NCBI RefSeq assembly: GCF_000143415.4
Contig: NW_003314345.1
Location: forward strand, 768,637-832,636
Direction of reading: 5' to 3'
DNA length: 64,000 nucleotides
Origin: Selaginella moellendorffii
Lineage: Eukaryota > Plantae > Lycopodiophyta
The notes beneath the pieces are model-generated. The model was not told the DNA's origin and ran no database searches. It saw nothing but the letters and a program-made list of their open reading frames with translations. Below, one piece after another: positions 46,606 through 60,900 of the stretch. The position numbers and the translations under genes are program-made. Within the stretch, counting starts at the first letter, position 1. Every line of letters starts with the position of its first letter.

Positions 46606-48575
46606 GTCACTATCAAACCACGGGATTCAAGCTTAACTAGCATTTAGAACACCCAAATTAGATTAGATTAGTTATCATTTTTCTTCTTTTCTTTTATCTT
46701 TATGCAAAGTGTTTTTGGCTACAATCTTCATTAGAACAATGTCTTGCTCATATGTTTTATTATTCTTGCAAACAATTGTCATAATGTCTTGAGTTTAGGC
46801 TTCTTAAGGAATTATTCAACTTAATTCTATTCAAACCTAAAGAATATATCTAAATTTATTTACAATTTATCACACTTCCTTATAAGTTTAGACCTTCGTG
46901 AACAAAAGTTAAAAATTATAACTTTCCCATTTGACACCCTATCTCTCAAGTTTGTCAATTTTTTGACAATATTGCTAAAAATGCTAGTGAAGTAAGTCTC
47001 TCAAACTATCCATGTTATATAACATTTTTTATTCATTACATTTAACTTAATGCCAAAATTATTCTCTATATAATGTCAGTTTATCTTCAAGAGAAGGGAA
47101 GACAATAACAGACTACTAATAAAAACAAAAGAAAAAAATAAGAATGATTAACTATAAAACATTTAACACTTTTAACTTATTAGTATGAAGTATTTAGAAA
47201 CTAATATAATCCAACCGCAAACTAATCTAGAAGATGAGTTAATGTTAATTTTAGATGCCATATGGCAAGTCTTGGATTCAAATCCTATGAGCACACTTAT
47301 GAGATTTGAATTGCATGGTAGACAATAGTGGCAAAATATACTTTAGTAAATATAGAAGATAGTGACATTCCCCTCTTTAATGATAAGCATCAAGTGGTAA
47401 CTAAAAAGGTGTTAAACTTGAGTTGAGGGGATATGACCAATGGAAATCCACAAGCATGAGTAAGATAAGAATATGATCACTAAGAAAATCTCAAGTTAGT
47501 CAATTAAATAATAAAGTTTGTAGTATTAATATTGATGTCAACCACCTCAAACTTCAGCTTATTAGCAATGATCTTAGGAGGATATGGTGGTGGAATATAA
47601 GTAGGATTAAAAAGCTTATGATACAATTTTAATAAAAAAACATAGAACACTAAATGAAATGGAGGAAGGTTGAGTTGGTAAGAATCTCAAAAGCATGAGA
47701 GAGCACAGAAAAAAGGATATAAATATTAATAATTCTGCTTGTTATACAAACATATGGTTTTTCAATAATAACAAAGAAGCTAAACTTGAAATTCATCTGA
47801 GAAAAAGGATTAAATTAATGAAAACAATTTACAATATAGCAATTAGTAATTTAGGCATAAAAAAAAGTGATGATGAACTTCCATGTGAAGATAATCTAAG
47901 ACACAACTATGCAATTTAAAGGTTTTTTTTATCCAGTCTTACAGCTATCATAATAATTAAATCATTGGTAAAACCAAAAGTTGGAGAAAGTGAATATGAA
48001 CAATGAAAATAAAGCAAAATAATTTTTAAAAAGCTTGGGAAATAGATAATAATGTGAAAAGAGCAAGATGAAGAAGATGTTTTGATGGAGGAACTCTTTA
48101 GAGCTGATCAAAAGGAAGGTCATGTTATAAAAAGATCCAATAAGAAGTGTAAAAAGGACAATGCCAAATTTTTTTATGATAATGTCATTTGACAAAGAGT
48201 GATAAAGAATATAATTTGCATCCATTGCATTGTTGGTGCAACATGAGAAAAAACATGTTTATATATTGTCCATAGGTGTGTGGTTCTTTCATTTTCTTTG
48301 AATCTGAAATAAAGTGTATATCATGAGGTGGGATGCACAGAAGTCTTACGAAAGTTTCCATGGCCAGCCAGTTGGTTTGTTCTTACTAAAGTAGAGAGAT
48401 ATGTTATAAAAGTTGCTTGGTTTTTTAAATTACAACCAGTTCCAAGAAAATTCTCCCTGGAACTTATGTCTGATATAGCGTAGTACATAGGGCTACATGG
48501 ATTCTTTCTCATATTTATTTATTACATGTTTTAAATCTTTTATGTTTCTCGTAGAAACACACAGAGGATAAATGA

Positions 48576-50255
48576 CTAGCTAGAACTATTATTACGGTTT
48601 ATAGCAATAGCTCTCTCTCCTTCGAACAATCTCTTGTGGACTCTAGCAAACACAGATGGCTGCGGACCGCAACTGTTGTCAGTTGTCTTGAAGTTGTCAA
48701 AATCCAAGCCGACTTTAGCAGCAGCAAGCCGCAGCTCGGGGAAAATGGACTTGGGGAGGCTTGAACTCCGTGTGTAGACGACAGCTCCACCATATCCGTC
48801 CCATGCATCGTTGGACCCATTGTAGTACACGAACATGTAGTCGTCAGGTTGCTTGTTGAGCCGGGCGGAAACGATGAACCTACGGAAGAGCCACCAATCA
48901 ATCCGTCAATTGCTCATTCAGAATCCGCAGCTATGCTGTCAATCGCGCACCGGACCTATGCACACGGAAGCTTTGGAAGATTGCGAAACACTCACCAATC
49001 GTCTTTGTAATTGAGGTACTCGTTATCATGATTGGAGAGGACACCCGGGCGTTTGGGATTACTCTGCACGAAATTTTGTATTGCGTTGCGTGTGATGAAG
49101 CCGCCGTCGGGGGTGGTCACCCTCCACGTCAGTTTTCCGGTGAGCTTGTGGGGACTGGCCGAGAACTCATGAACTTGGCAATCGTAGAGATCGAACAGGG
49201 GGTTGAGACCGCTGGTAATATACCATGTGCCTGTGAAGTCTTGCGTGTTGAACTTTTCCACCAGAGCGCAGTCTGGAGGTACCGGGTAGGAGCCGTCGTT
49301 GGCACTTTGAGGGATGCACTTTTTTTTGCTCAGGAGGCATGTGTTGAATTCCTCTACGACCTTGTTCTGGAAAATGTCTCCGCATCTGACCTATATTCCG
49401 GTACAAAACGAGAGAACAGAAACATAGTGAGAAACTTGATCCGAGGAAACCTGTATAAAATCAAATAATACTTGGCAATTCAAGTCCCCTGGACTGCAAG
49501 TTTCCAGACAAACTAAATTGGCAGCGCATGAAGGATCTCCCACGCATCGAACCAGCTCGGATCTGAAGAACATGCACAACTATGAGATCAGGTGGATTCA
49601 AAATAAACAATGAAACCCAACAAATGAGAAGTGGAACACAACAGCACCTGCATCCACTCAGAAGACATTTCCATGTTTTTTGAGCAGTCTCGATGTCCAG
49701 AGCTCCAGCACGGTTTGCTGGGTGCAAGAGCAAACATGCCCCCAGGAGCAAGCCCCATGCATTGACTTTGAATCCCGGTCCGGTACTTGTCGTTGTTACA
49801 TTCTTCACACTTCGGACAAGCGGGGGCGGAGCCGTGGTACTGGCAATCATCTGCTCGTTCTTCTTCCCGCATAGCAGGTTACTACTCTTCACATTCGGCC
49901 CAATACTTGTTGTTGCTACTCTTCGAACAAGCCAGTGCGGAGGCGTTGTAGTGGCAAACATCTGCTCCTTCTTCTCCCCCTTCCAGCCGCAGCTACTCAA
50001 GTTGTAAGCGACCGCCTTGCAGTGATACATTTCAGGAAGCCTCCGCACAGGACCGACCTGAGATGGACGTGCGCGGGGTGCTCTTCCTTCCTCCTTCCAC
50101 AGGGGTACAAAGTCCGTGTACGCAGCTGGTTTGGTCCGAGCTGCGTACAAGCCTTGCTGTGTACGTTTCTCGGACAAAGTCTTTTTCTCGATATGACATT
50201 TGGGTCCTGTGGGCCATTTTAAAAGCCTGGGACATTCCACCCGCCAAGATTCCAT
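48576..50255 (-). CDS. VDE: Violaxanthin de-epoxidase homologue lacking the Glu-rich C-terminal domain; exons 50255-49648, 49562-49472, 49390-48996, 48879-48576
   Basis: Cys-rich domain ([29 protein letters not shown]...RCGDIFQN) and lipocalin motifs WYITSGLNP, DCQVHEF, TPDGGF, NHDNEYLNYKDDW, YYNGSNDAWDGYGG, TDNSCGP; GT-AG introns; lumen signal ending AGA. The start ATG is uncertain. Confidence 0.92.
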
Positions 50256-50394
50256 GTGATTCAAAAAACGCACGTTTTCTAAAGGTACGATAGTTTGAAG
50301 ACCTGGTGTCAGCTTTATAGGGCCGATTTGCAGTCGCTTTTTTTAATAAATAATAGTAGTAAAAAATCTTTTTCGTGGTGCTACAATCAATCTA

Positions 50395-51513
50395 TTATTT
50401 TTTAAGCTGACGACTTGACACCAGCTTCTCCAGCTCCACTTCTCCACCCACCGCTTCCAGTTCCTATCAGGGCAACGAATCCGTCAAAAATTTCGTTTCC
50501 ATCTCTCACTCACCTTTAGCCCCAGGAACAAACCGTACGGAACGCCATCAAACAGATTGGCATGGTGAATCTGAGGTTTGATGCTGAATCTAGAGCTGAA
50601 TGATTTATGGACAAACCTGGTGAGCAGCTGCTACCTTCTGGAAGTATGGCACATCGGCCAGTGGGCCAACTGGAAACCTTTGGTGCACCAGGCCGTCGTG
50701 AACAAACATGTAGGCCATCCCGAAGATGGTGATGCCCAGGCCCTGGAATGCAATATTTTCAAAGCTACAAGAAATACTTCTATTACTTACTGCTCCAAAG
50801 CACAGACCAGGAAGGAGTCCTTCGTGGGAGAATCCGTAAGACATGAGAGCTATAGCAGGGACTGCGTTCACAATGGCAAAAACGTCGTTGAGCTCGAATG
50901 GACCTTGGCGAGGAACATGATGAGACTGTTGTAGAGAGACTTGTGGCAATTAACTGTCGGAAAATTTGTGTGTGCGTTACCTTGTGCATGCTCCACAAGC
51001 AAGAGTGCCATAGCGCTTTGTGTGCCCATCTAGCCCAAAACTCCATGCCCACCTGAGATTCGAGAAACAGAATAAAATCAATCTTGAACAGCAGCTTTGA
51101 ACATACTCACAGCTGCGCCTAATGCCAAAGACACGGTACCAAGGATTTCCAGAGCAGGCAATTCACTGCTGCCTTTCTGAACATAGTTAAAGATTTCTCT
51201 TTTGTGATCAAGCCTATGTGTGTCAAAGTTCACATACCTCCTGCATTTGCCACACGAATCTGTAACACGCAGCTCCAATGCTGAGACCGCCGATCAATGT
51301 GCTTGAGGCAACAGCAGCGAACAAATATGTTGTGCGCGCTGCTTTCTTCTTCTTTGTTGCATCTTGCTTCTTGCAAGTACGAGATTGCCCATCCTCCGAC
51401 ATTGACGCACCCAATACAATCGCTTTCAACTTCGGCCTTCTCAGAGATTTGCGCAATGGCGGCAAAGAAAGGAGCCCGCGAAGATTGAACGACGAACAAG
51501 GCACTAGCGCCAT
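50395..51513 (-). CDS. BCH: Beta-carotene hydroxylase (non-heme di-iron); 7 exons
   Basis: VGMEFWARWAHKALWH, HKSHH, GPFELNDVFAI, AYMFVHDGLVHQRFPVGP, HQIHH, GVPYGLFLG; all introns are GT-AG and in frame. Confidence 0.95.
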
Positions 51514-53899
51514 CGAAGCTGCCAATTCAGATAAACCTAGCGTTCCGTACAAGACTAGAGAACAGTATCCTGGACTCAACACGTGAGTTGCGAATCTCAG
51601 GAACTGTAGCAGCAATTTGAAAAAAAAAAGAAGAATGAGAATTTATCTCTGAGTTACAGATGTGTACATGTTCCAATATAGACAAATGCAAATTGAACAA
51701 GCAGAAAGCAAGAAGAGGTTGGACTCCACATGGCCAAAGAAGTCCAGCAGCAGATTGTGTGGAGCAAGGAGCTTCTTAACAACTCACAATACACTTGCAT
51801 TTTTGCATTCATCAATTTCATGGTTCAAAATAGCACAATAGAAAAATTGCTGGAGCTTGATGCCGTAAGCTTTGTGACCTCATGAAATGACAATTAGTGG
51901 AGCTTGGAAGCGTGCATTTCATCGCATTTGCATGGTAGTGTGGGTGAAATTCACGCTCGTCCAATCCTTCCACCATCTCCCATCACCATTGCTCCATCGC
52001 TCCATCACTTTTTTAGCTGTGGTTTGTAGTTGCGCTGGTTGAGGGGTGGTCTAAACTCTCTGCAGCTTGGCAATGTTGTCCACCGCCACCTGGAACAGCT
52101 ATATCGATCTCCCAGGTGCTCGTGGGAGAATTATCGATAGCCTTGTGATGAGCTCCTGAGGTGGAGTGACATAGCTGTCCAATGGCGGTGTCGTGTAGTT
52201 TAAGCTGGCTGTGCTAGTGGCGCTGGTTGTGGTAGTGCAGTAGCACTGGAGATCGATATATCGATACTCATGCTCTTTCTTTTTCAGACTGTCAGGATAC
52301 TTCCAGATTAAAATGAGAATCCAGGACTGATTGGATGACGCGCTTGTATGAATCTCCCCTCCAACTTTTTCTGGAGCACTTCGAAAGGTGGTGGTGTTGT
52401 ATTCTCATTGAATTGTGCCAGCCAATGTAAAGTGCCATTAGTTACACTAGAGAAGAAGCAGCCTGGCAATAATACTTCGTCTCTGCCATGGCCACCGATT
52501 CTTCCGGCTAGTGGTTCCACTGCCAGACACTCCAGCACTCGTTCACCTCTCCAGAAAACTAGCCACAGAAGAATTCTCCATCATGACCATCAACATCGAG
52601 AGCATCCATAGGAGGAAGTGCCCCACATCCAGCTGAAGTCCATTCCATTCTCTTCGTCCATTCTGAATAGGCTCGACACTCAAGCCTTAAGAACTGTAGA
52701 TCAAGTTTCTAGTTCTCTTAGTCATGCAAAGAGAGCTGTTGGGAGCTTTGCCACTGGTGAGAGCGAGATATTCCTTGAATATCCCAAGATCCTTGTCTAA
52801 AAACTCGCAGAGAATATAAGGCAAACATCATACCCCCAACAAATGGTGAACACGACCTAACACATGCTTTTTGATTGGAGATTGTTGTTCCACTATGGGC
52901 TTTGAGCGCTCTTTCCTCACTCATCTCTGAGTGGAATTCCTTTGTTTTGCTTCGGAAAGTTTATGGTCTCCTCTTTCCAACAAGGTATGGTGCTAGCTTA
53001 GTTGTGGAGTGATCTTAGAGATATTTATATTTTTCTGTTGTGGTGCACATTTATTATGTCCTTGGAGCATGCTTTTTAGCTGGAGAATTCCTCAGTTTTT
53101 GAGCGGAGATCTAAGCCAACAGGAATCACCTTTCATCACAATTGAGCCATGGGTTGCCACAAGCAACTAATTTCCTTTTGTACACACTTGGAGCTTCACT
53201 CACTTGGATCTTGGGATATGGTGCATGGTTTATGGTAATATTTGGTTTGCTAGGAGCGTTTTGAGGACATCTATCACCACACTGAATACTGCTTCCATCC
53301 ATGTTCAATCTTGTGAGTTTTAAAGATTTCTATTTTAGTTTTTACTTTGAGATGAGAGGCATTTTATTGTGGTTTGTCACGGTTTCTTAAATTTTTTGTG
53401 TGAATTTTTATGTTTAAGGTTTGGTCTTATAGTTTATACATTTCTTTTTTATTATTTTTTTATGTTTCTTTCTTGTTTTATATTTATTGAAGGAATTTGG
53501 TTTATATGAGAACATTTTTTTTTCATTTTTTTTTGTCATTTTCTGGTGAGTATGAGCATGTTTGAGTCCTTGAGTGGTTCTGAGTGATTTGTATTTCTTT
53601 TTCTGGATCCTGACTTTTACCCTGAAGCGGCATTTACAGGACACACAACTTGATGCCCATTCAAACTCTGGCTTAGAGCTCTACTCAGCTAGAGTGTTTT
53701 CTCCATAACATATTATTTTTAAGAAGTATTCACAACTCACAAAGGAACTTGAATTTCCTCTTGGCCCAGATATTGGTGAGGCTTCCTCCCTTGTGACACA
53801 TCCCATTGACAGGCATTTATTGCTATTTGACAAACTTTTCAAGATGGAGCCTCTCGCTATCCATATCCTCTAGCGCTCCATGGAGATGCCATGGTTCAC

Positions 53900-56800
53900 T
53901 TGTAGACAAGGTGTTGATGCTGAAGAACATGTTCAGCACTTTGCTATGTATATTGCACATAATCATATCAATGATGAGGATCTTGTTCACGAGCATTTAT
54001 TACTTTCTCTTTGTGGGTGAGTGAGTGGGCAACTTCTCTCCTTCCTACAGAATGGCCAGACCTTGAGACAATGAACAGAAAGTTCCGCAAGAAGTTGTAA
54101 TAAGAGGACTAACATTACTCAGAGCTTTTCTCTTTTCAGCAATGACACAATAAGAGTATGGCAGATTATGTCATCTGCTTCAAACATCACTGGAAGGCAT
54201 GCCTTACTCAAAACCTCATAGAGGACAAGAAGCTAATCATCTCTGCTTTCATCCAAAGTCTCAAGCCAATGATCCAGCACAAAGTTGCAAAGCGACAACA
54301 CACAGCATGCACTAATGCCTTTGATCATGCCAAGGAGTTGGAGCGTGAATGCCTCCAGGACTTGGTCGTCCCAGTCAGCACTGAGGATGATCCTCCACCA
54401 ACTTGTGCCACAGCTTGTAGTGTGCCAGCTGTTTCAGTTGAGGAGAAACTCCCACCCATGATCGTGAAGGCACTTGACAAACTCGTGACTTACAAGCAAC
54501 TGATCCAGCAGCAACAACAGCAACAAGACAAGTTTATAGAGGAGTTGAGGTCCCTCAAGCTCCAGTCTTAGGCCGCACAAGAGAGCAAGCCTTGTGAGCG
54601 ATAATGGTGTATGCATTGCCAAATTTCGGCAGATAGCACCGATTGTTGCTGGACATTGCATCCAGAGCAGCAATCACTGAGGACACAGCATGTCCAGAAA
54701 CAACCTCTTGCTGACAATAGCTCAGTTCCAAAGTTTCCTTTCTCATTGAGCACTTGAGGCATTCGTCAAGAGAAAGTTATCTTGACAATCTGGATTGCTG
54801 AAGAGGAGCATGCACGTATTTCTGTCACCAGGGCTCAGAGGAAGAAGCTCACTTCTGCAGAGGAGCTTGATGGTTCCTAGAAACCAGCCCAGGCCAAAGG
54901 AAAAGTTGCTGCTTACAAGATTCCCTTTCTTGAGGTATTTGCCACACCTGACACACCCTTGAAATGCAGACGTCTGGATCGGCTCTAATTTTTTATCAGG
55001 TCTAGCCAGGTATTTCTTCCACACTCATATGTGCCCGAGTCCCTTATGCAACAGTTGCTTGACACCAAATGTTCGGTTTCACTTGATGAACTTTTATGGA
55101 GTATTCCTGGATTCTCACAGCTACTTGAGGCATTTGCCAAGCATCAGACCAGCCCTTCAACTCCTGTACAAGGTCTCCCACAGTCAGTCCAGATTTTGGA
55201 CTTGAAATCTTCCCCAGATCCCGGGGCATTCGTCACGAATGTTACAATTGGAGGATGTAATGCCGGAAAAGGCCTTCTCGACTCTGGTTCTTTGAAAAAT
55301 GTGATTTCTTCTCACCTGGTGAAGGCTCTTTATCCTTCAGAAAAAACGACCGTGCTGCTCAAAACCTTTGTGAACCATACAGTGGTGCCCATGGGAGTTT
55401 GTCAAGACATCTTGATCCAAACTGATGGCATTTCAGCGTGTGCAGACTTCATTGTGGTCAACTTCTAGATGTGGCGTGACCAAGATTAGCGACAAGACAA
55501 ATGAGGCAAATCTTTTCAACTCTTCTGGATACATACAACAACAGAAGCACGTGTCTACAGTTGCATACAAGCTGAGGCCAATCAAGCACTTGAGGAGATC
55601 TCTCTGGAGATCATTCAAGACTCCACTTTTCCGGTCGTCCATTTCCTTCAATGCAGCATGATCATGCATGTCATGGGACTCTCGTCAATCCTTGATGATA
55701 GACAACTTAATTCTACCCCAGGGATCTCAAGGCAATGCCACTTTGATGCCTTGGATCCGATCACGAAGCAGCTGGACGCCACACTGCAATCAACACTTCA
55801 TGACCTTCCGCCTTGGGACTCAGAGCCTGACTTAATAGCCATGAGTGACCACTTTCTTTCCAAGAGTTGGGAGTTCTCATCCCATAATGGCCACACGACA
55901 GCTTTTGGGGGTGGATAGGCGGCCGGCCTCTACAGCTCCAACCTTCATATACCAGATTCTTATGACCCAGCTCACGAACAGTGAACACAATGCTGGAGAG
56001 TCACCTCCCCTCATAGCCACGACCTCTCCTTCATTTGTCCAACATGATGATGACGATATCATCAGTCCAGCGCCACTCTTTCCTGAGGACACTCCAACTC
56101 ACATAGCTTTCTTTGATGGTGCATTTTGCCCGAGAGCACAGCAAGAAGGCATTGGCATATGAGAAAAACGTGTTCTCACCTTTCGTGCACTCTCCCAGCA
56201 CTTTCAGTGAATGAGGCAGAGTACCTTGCTGTGATTACTGCCATGGAGACAGCTCGAGATAGCCGCATCCACCACGTCAACTTTGTTGACTCATGGTACA
56301 GCAACTCAATGGGGAGTACGTGGTCAGGAAGGAGTGCCTCAGAGATCTCTGGCAGTGAGCAATGGATCTTCGACAACACTTTCATTTCATCACGTTCACA
56401 AATGTTCCTCATGGTGACAACTTTTGGGCAGACAAACTTTCACATGAAGCTATATTTAAGATGCGAAGTGCTCTAGAAAACATCCAGTCAGTTTTCAACG
56501 TGGAAGCCATTCTAGTTTTGTCTTCACCCAAGCCCGATCCTTGCTGCTGTGAGACACAACTGCTAGAAGATGACCACAACGTCTTCATCAGCAGCTCTCT
56601 TGACGATACCTCCAGGTCAGCCCTTCTTTCTCTCCTCCAGAGGTACCACGACATCTTTGCATGGGATTATTACCACCTTATGGGAGTCCCCTTGGAGGTC
56701 ATCATGCACAAGATTGAGTTGGAGACTTCAGCCAAACCGATCCATGACAAAATGTGACGTACAACCACACTCTTGCTGGCAATCAAAGAGGAAATGAGAA

Positions 56801-57900
56801 GCTCCTTGCTGCGGGTTTCATCTTCCCAGTTGAGCATTTTGACTAGATTTCCAACATTGATCCAGTCTGTAAGAAGAATGGGAAATTCCACATCTAAGTC
56901 AACTTTTGGAGCCTCAATGACTTAACACTCAAGGATCGTTTCCTGACAACCAGCTCCAGCTTCATCCTCATGATCAAGAAAAGACATATTTCCACACGCC
57001 ATGGGGTCTCTTCACATACAAGGTACTTCCATTTGGTTTGTGTAATGTAGGAGCTACTTTTCACAGCTTTGTCACATATGCTTTTCATGACCTCCTCGAC
57101 TCCTCTCTTCAAGTTTACATGGAAGATCTTTGCTCAGCATCTCACTCTTTTGGAGATCATCTAGTTGGCTCACGTAAGGCCACGATGTTCCGAATGTTGC
57201 CCCAAAGTCCCAGGCTGTGAAAAGGAAGAGGAGCCGTCCTCTAGGGTAGTACCTCTATTATTAATTTTGTATTCTCATGTATCAAAGACATTTCAAATGT
57301 TCAAATTGCAGCAAATAGATGAGTGAGTTTTCCAGCATTGCCACTTATATCGATTTCACTCAACCCTGGCAAGTGCAAGTTTGGAGTCACACAAGGGAGG
57401 CTGCTCGGTTTTGACATCTCGGCTTCACTCCCCATGCAGAGAAGTGCATAGAGATTCTTCAGAGTCCACCTCTGACATCACCTAAGATGCTCCAACGCTT
57501 CCTCAGCCAAGCTGGTTGCTTTTGACGCTTTATACTAGAGTTTGCTGCAATCATCTGTCCTTCTCAGCATCTCCTCAAGAAGGACACGCCTTTCCAGTGG
57601 ACTGGCAAACAACAACAAGCTTTCGAGGTGATCCAGTCCCTTCTTTGACAACTACTTATTCTCCAACCACCAATTCTTGGAGATCCCTTCAAGATTTTCA
57701 TCACCATTGGAGCTGAAGCTTTTGGAGCATGTTTTTTGTCAACGAAAGGAGCCAGAGGACCCACTACATGCTGTCTAATTTGTCTCACATTCATTCAAGG
57801 TTTCAGAGCAGCAATACCTCAAGCTCAAGAAGGAAGCTGTGGTAGTAGTCTGCACATTATGATGTTTCTGCCACCTTTTATTTGGAGCCCATATCCACGT
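53900..57900 (+). mobile_element. Decayed Ty3/Gypsy element of the Tat lineage (gag, protease, archaeal-type RNase H, RT remnants)
   Basis: gag-like AFIQSLKP; protease LLDSGS; aRH FFDGAF...NEAEYLAVI...NFWADKLS at 56100-56450; RT DIFAWDY...HKIEL, YMEDL, LNPGKCKFG; many stops and frameshifts. Confidence 0.82.
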
Positions 57901-60900
57901 CCATGTCTCCTCCAATGTATTGACTTTACTTTTACAGAAAATTAATTAGTGACCATGTATTTTATTGTGGTTTCTCATGAGCCAAGATCTTTAGCATTGA
58001 AGCTTGTCATAACATCAAACCATTCCTCCTTAAGATCTGAATGCAAGATGTTAATCAACTTCATTATCTTCACCATATCTTTCTTGATTTTGTATTCCTC
58101 TTTAGCAGCAATATTAATGTCAAGTGTCTTTTGCTTCAATCTCTTTATGTCCTTGATGTCATATTGGAGAAGCCAAAAAACTTGAAATGAATAATTTAGA
58201 AAATTTAAGTACCTCAAATAGGATGGATCAGGGGAACTTAGCATAATTATTGTATTTCTTTGACCGATTTTCCTTATGTTAAGTTGTTTTTAATCCATAA
58301 ACTCATTTATAATCTTGCTAACATCTACTTAAAAAATATTCCACACAATTGTATAAAAGAGTCTTTTGACTACCATATCTTCACATTGCCTATATAAAAA
58401 AAAAACTTAACAAAGAATTTAGAGAATGAGTGTACTTATTCATTGAAGTCAAAATTGTCATGTGCTCTTTGTCCTAGAATACTACTAATGCAACATCTGC
58501 CATGATATAATATCTCACAATCTCCTCATTAGTTAGATTTGGATAATTTAAATTTATCCACAACAACCATGCTTTGTGCTAATAATATCCCTCCCACACA
58601 AGCAATATCCAATTATAAAGAACCTCCTTTAGCATAAGTTTTATATTTCAAAGTAGCCTCAAATTCCATATTAAACTAATACTATATCTCATTCTAGGAA
58701 GCTCTTTTCTCATTCAACAATGCTGAACACTTCACCATAATAACTTCAACTCTATTTGTATGAATGCTTGCTATTGAAGGGAAAATCTAGATTGGTCCAA
58801 AATTCCTACTATTGATTGCATTATTAGATTCGAAATCATGTGGCATAAAGGCACTCGAGGAGGTGGAACTTTCTTCTTGATTATTAGCTGTGGTAACATT
58901 GTGGCATGATAGCAATATTCTTAATAAATATTACCTTTTTGCATATGTTTTAGCAATTTGGCAAAGTTAGGCATAAACTTGAAAAATAAAATAAAAATAA
59001 AGATCAATAATTGCAAATAAAAAAATTGACTATAAGAATTAGCTGCGATTCGAGTTGCCATGTGACGAAGAGTATTGCCATATCTCCCCCTTACACAACA
59101 GCTCCAAGTAGCACTCCACCATCTGGAGCTCACTCTTATACAATAGTTTGTTGTGGTTAATTTCTATAGTTAGAGTTGTCACAAGAATTGCTATAATGTT
59201 GCCTAAACTTCTATAGTAAATCACTCTTGCCTAACTTGGGCAGCTATAGCTATGGAAGGAAGAACTTACAATGGCATGGTAGTTATTATAGTAACCTCTT
59301 GAGAATATTCATTTCTTGTGTGCTTGCTACTCCTTGTTACATTCAACCTATCTCCTACACACTAACCTTAGCTACTAAGTACTTAAAACTAATTTTAATG
59401 TTGACATCAGCTCTATAAACCCTTAAAGCCTTAAATAAATTTTTAAAATAAAAATAAAATAAAGTTATTGTTATAAGAATTTACTACTATTAATGACTTT
59501 ACTTTTCTTCCAAGTGATTTTTTTCCCCTCATTTGAGATATGGCTAAAGATCCAATAGTGAGTGATATTGTGATGGTGATAATGAGATATTAAGAGAAAG
59601 AGTTGTTGCTAGAAATTGAGTCATTGGTAAAGAAAAAGTCCTTGTGTGCTTTCTTTGAAATTTAATTTATTAAGTTTAAATGTTGTCAAGGGCTAAAAGT
59701 ATAGAGTCATTTTAACTTATAGTGATAGAGATTTCTTTAGGTGGGAAAATATATTTTGCACTAAATTTAATTGTAGAAGCAAAGTTTTAGATATAGAAGT
59801 TTGTGGTAGATTCGAATGATGTATCAACCTAGAGTATAAAAGTTTTTTTTCAATGGCAAATGAAGAGTTATGTGCATTTTTAGCAATAGCAAAATCTTCA
59901 ATAATAAGCTCAACAAAAAATGCAAATGTAGAAAAAAGATATATGGGTAGTGGATTTGTGTTTGAGCTACTAAAGCTTATAAAAGCTACAAACACACTAA
60001 TTTGAAGTATCAATACAGGAACTTTTGTGCACCAATCTGGACTTTTTAAAGACTATGATAGTGGCTTGGTCTTTGAGCTTCCACCTTCTAAAAAATCTAT
60101 AAAGGGAGTGTATTGCAATCAAGATGGGCATTTTTAGATGGATTTTATGGTTTAAAGAGTTGACTACTTTACTAAAAGAATCCAAAGTAGATCTATGATG
60201 GATTCCTTGAATGTTTCAACTTGGACTACCTATATTATGATTAGTTTCAAAAGTTTAATAGCAAACAGTTTAATGGCATATTCTATATTAAACTTAAATA
60301 TGGTGAGGTACTTATAGAGTAGTTTGGTTTTGTGCAATGTCACTTTTGCAAGGAGTTTCTACAATGAGAAGGAGAATGTGAGTTCACATATTTTATATTG
60401 TCCCAAATTATATAACATTCACTAAAGTAGTAGTTCATATTGGTCAACATAAGTGGTAAGTGAGATATACTTAGAGTTTTTGGATGTGGTTATGTGTGTT
60501 ATTTCAAAGGTAGTAAGCCAATCTTCAAGAGTTTGACTTACAATTATAGTTATTAAAGCAATTAATGAGTTGATTTTGCAAAATGTTTTGCAATCAATTG
60601 CAAACACTTTGATGCATTCACCTCAATAATTGAGCAAAATACTTGATAGTCTGTTGGCACTTATCAATAAATAAAAGTAATATTTATTCAATTTAAAATA
60701 TTATTTTGCATTTACTTTATAATATCATTGTGGGATACAAATTGTGATAGAGAACTTTTGAAGGAAATCTCTTTTTTATTTTTGAATCTTAATGCAATTT
60801 TAAAGCTAAAATGAGTTCATTTACAACTTCTTTCAAAGAATTAGTTTTCCGAGATTAATCTAAGTTGAAGCTGAAGAATGATATCATCTTTTCAAGATGT

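Noticed and set aside
52300-53000. Possible Gypsy integrase remnant
   Set aside because: Only a faint motif (LEIVVP); too degraded to support.
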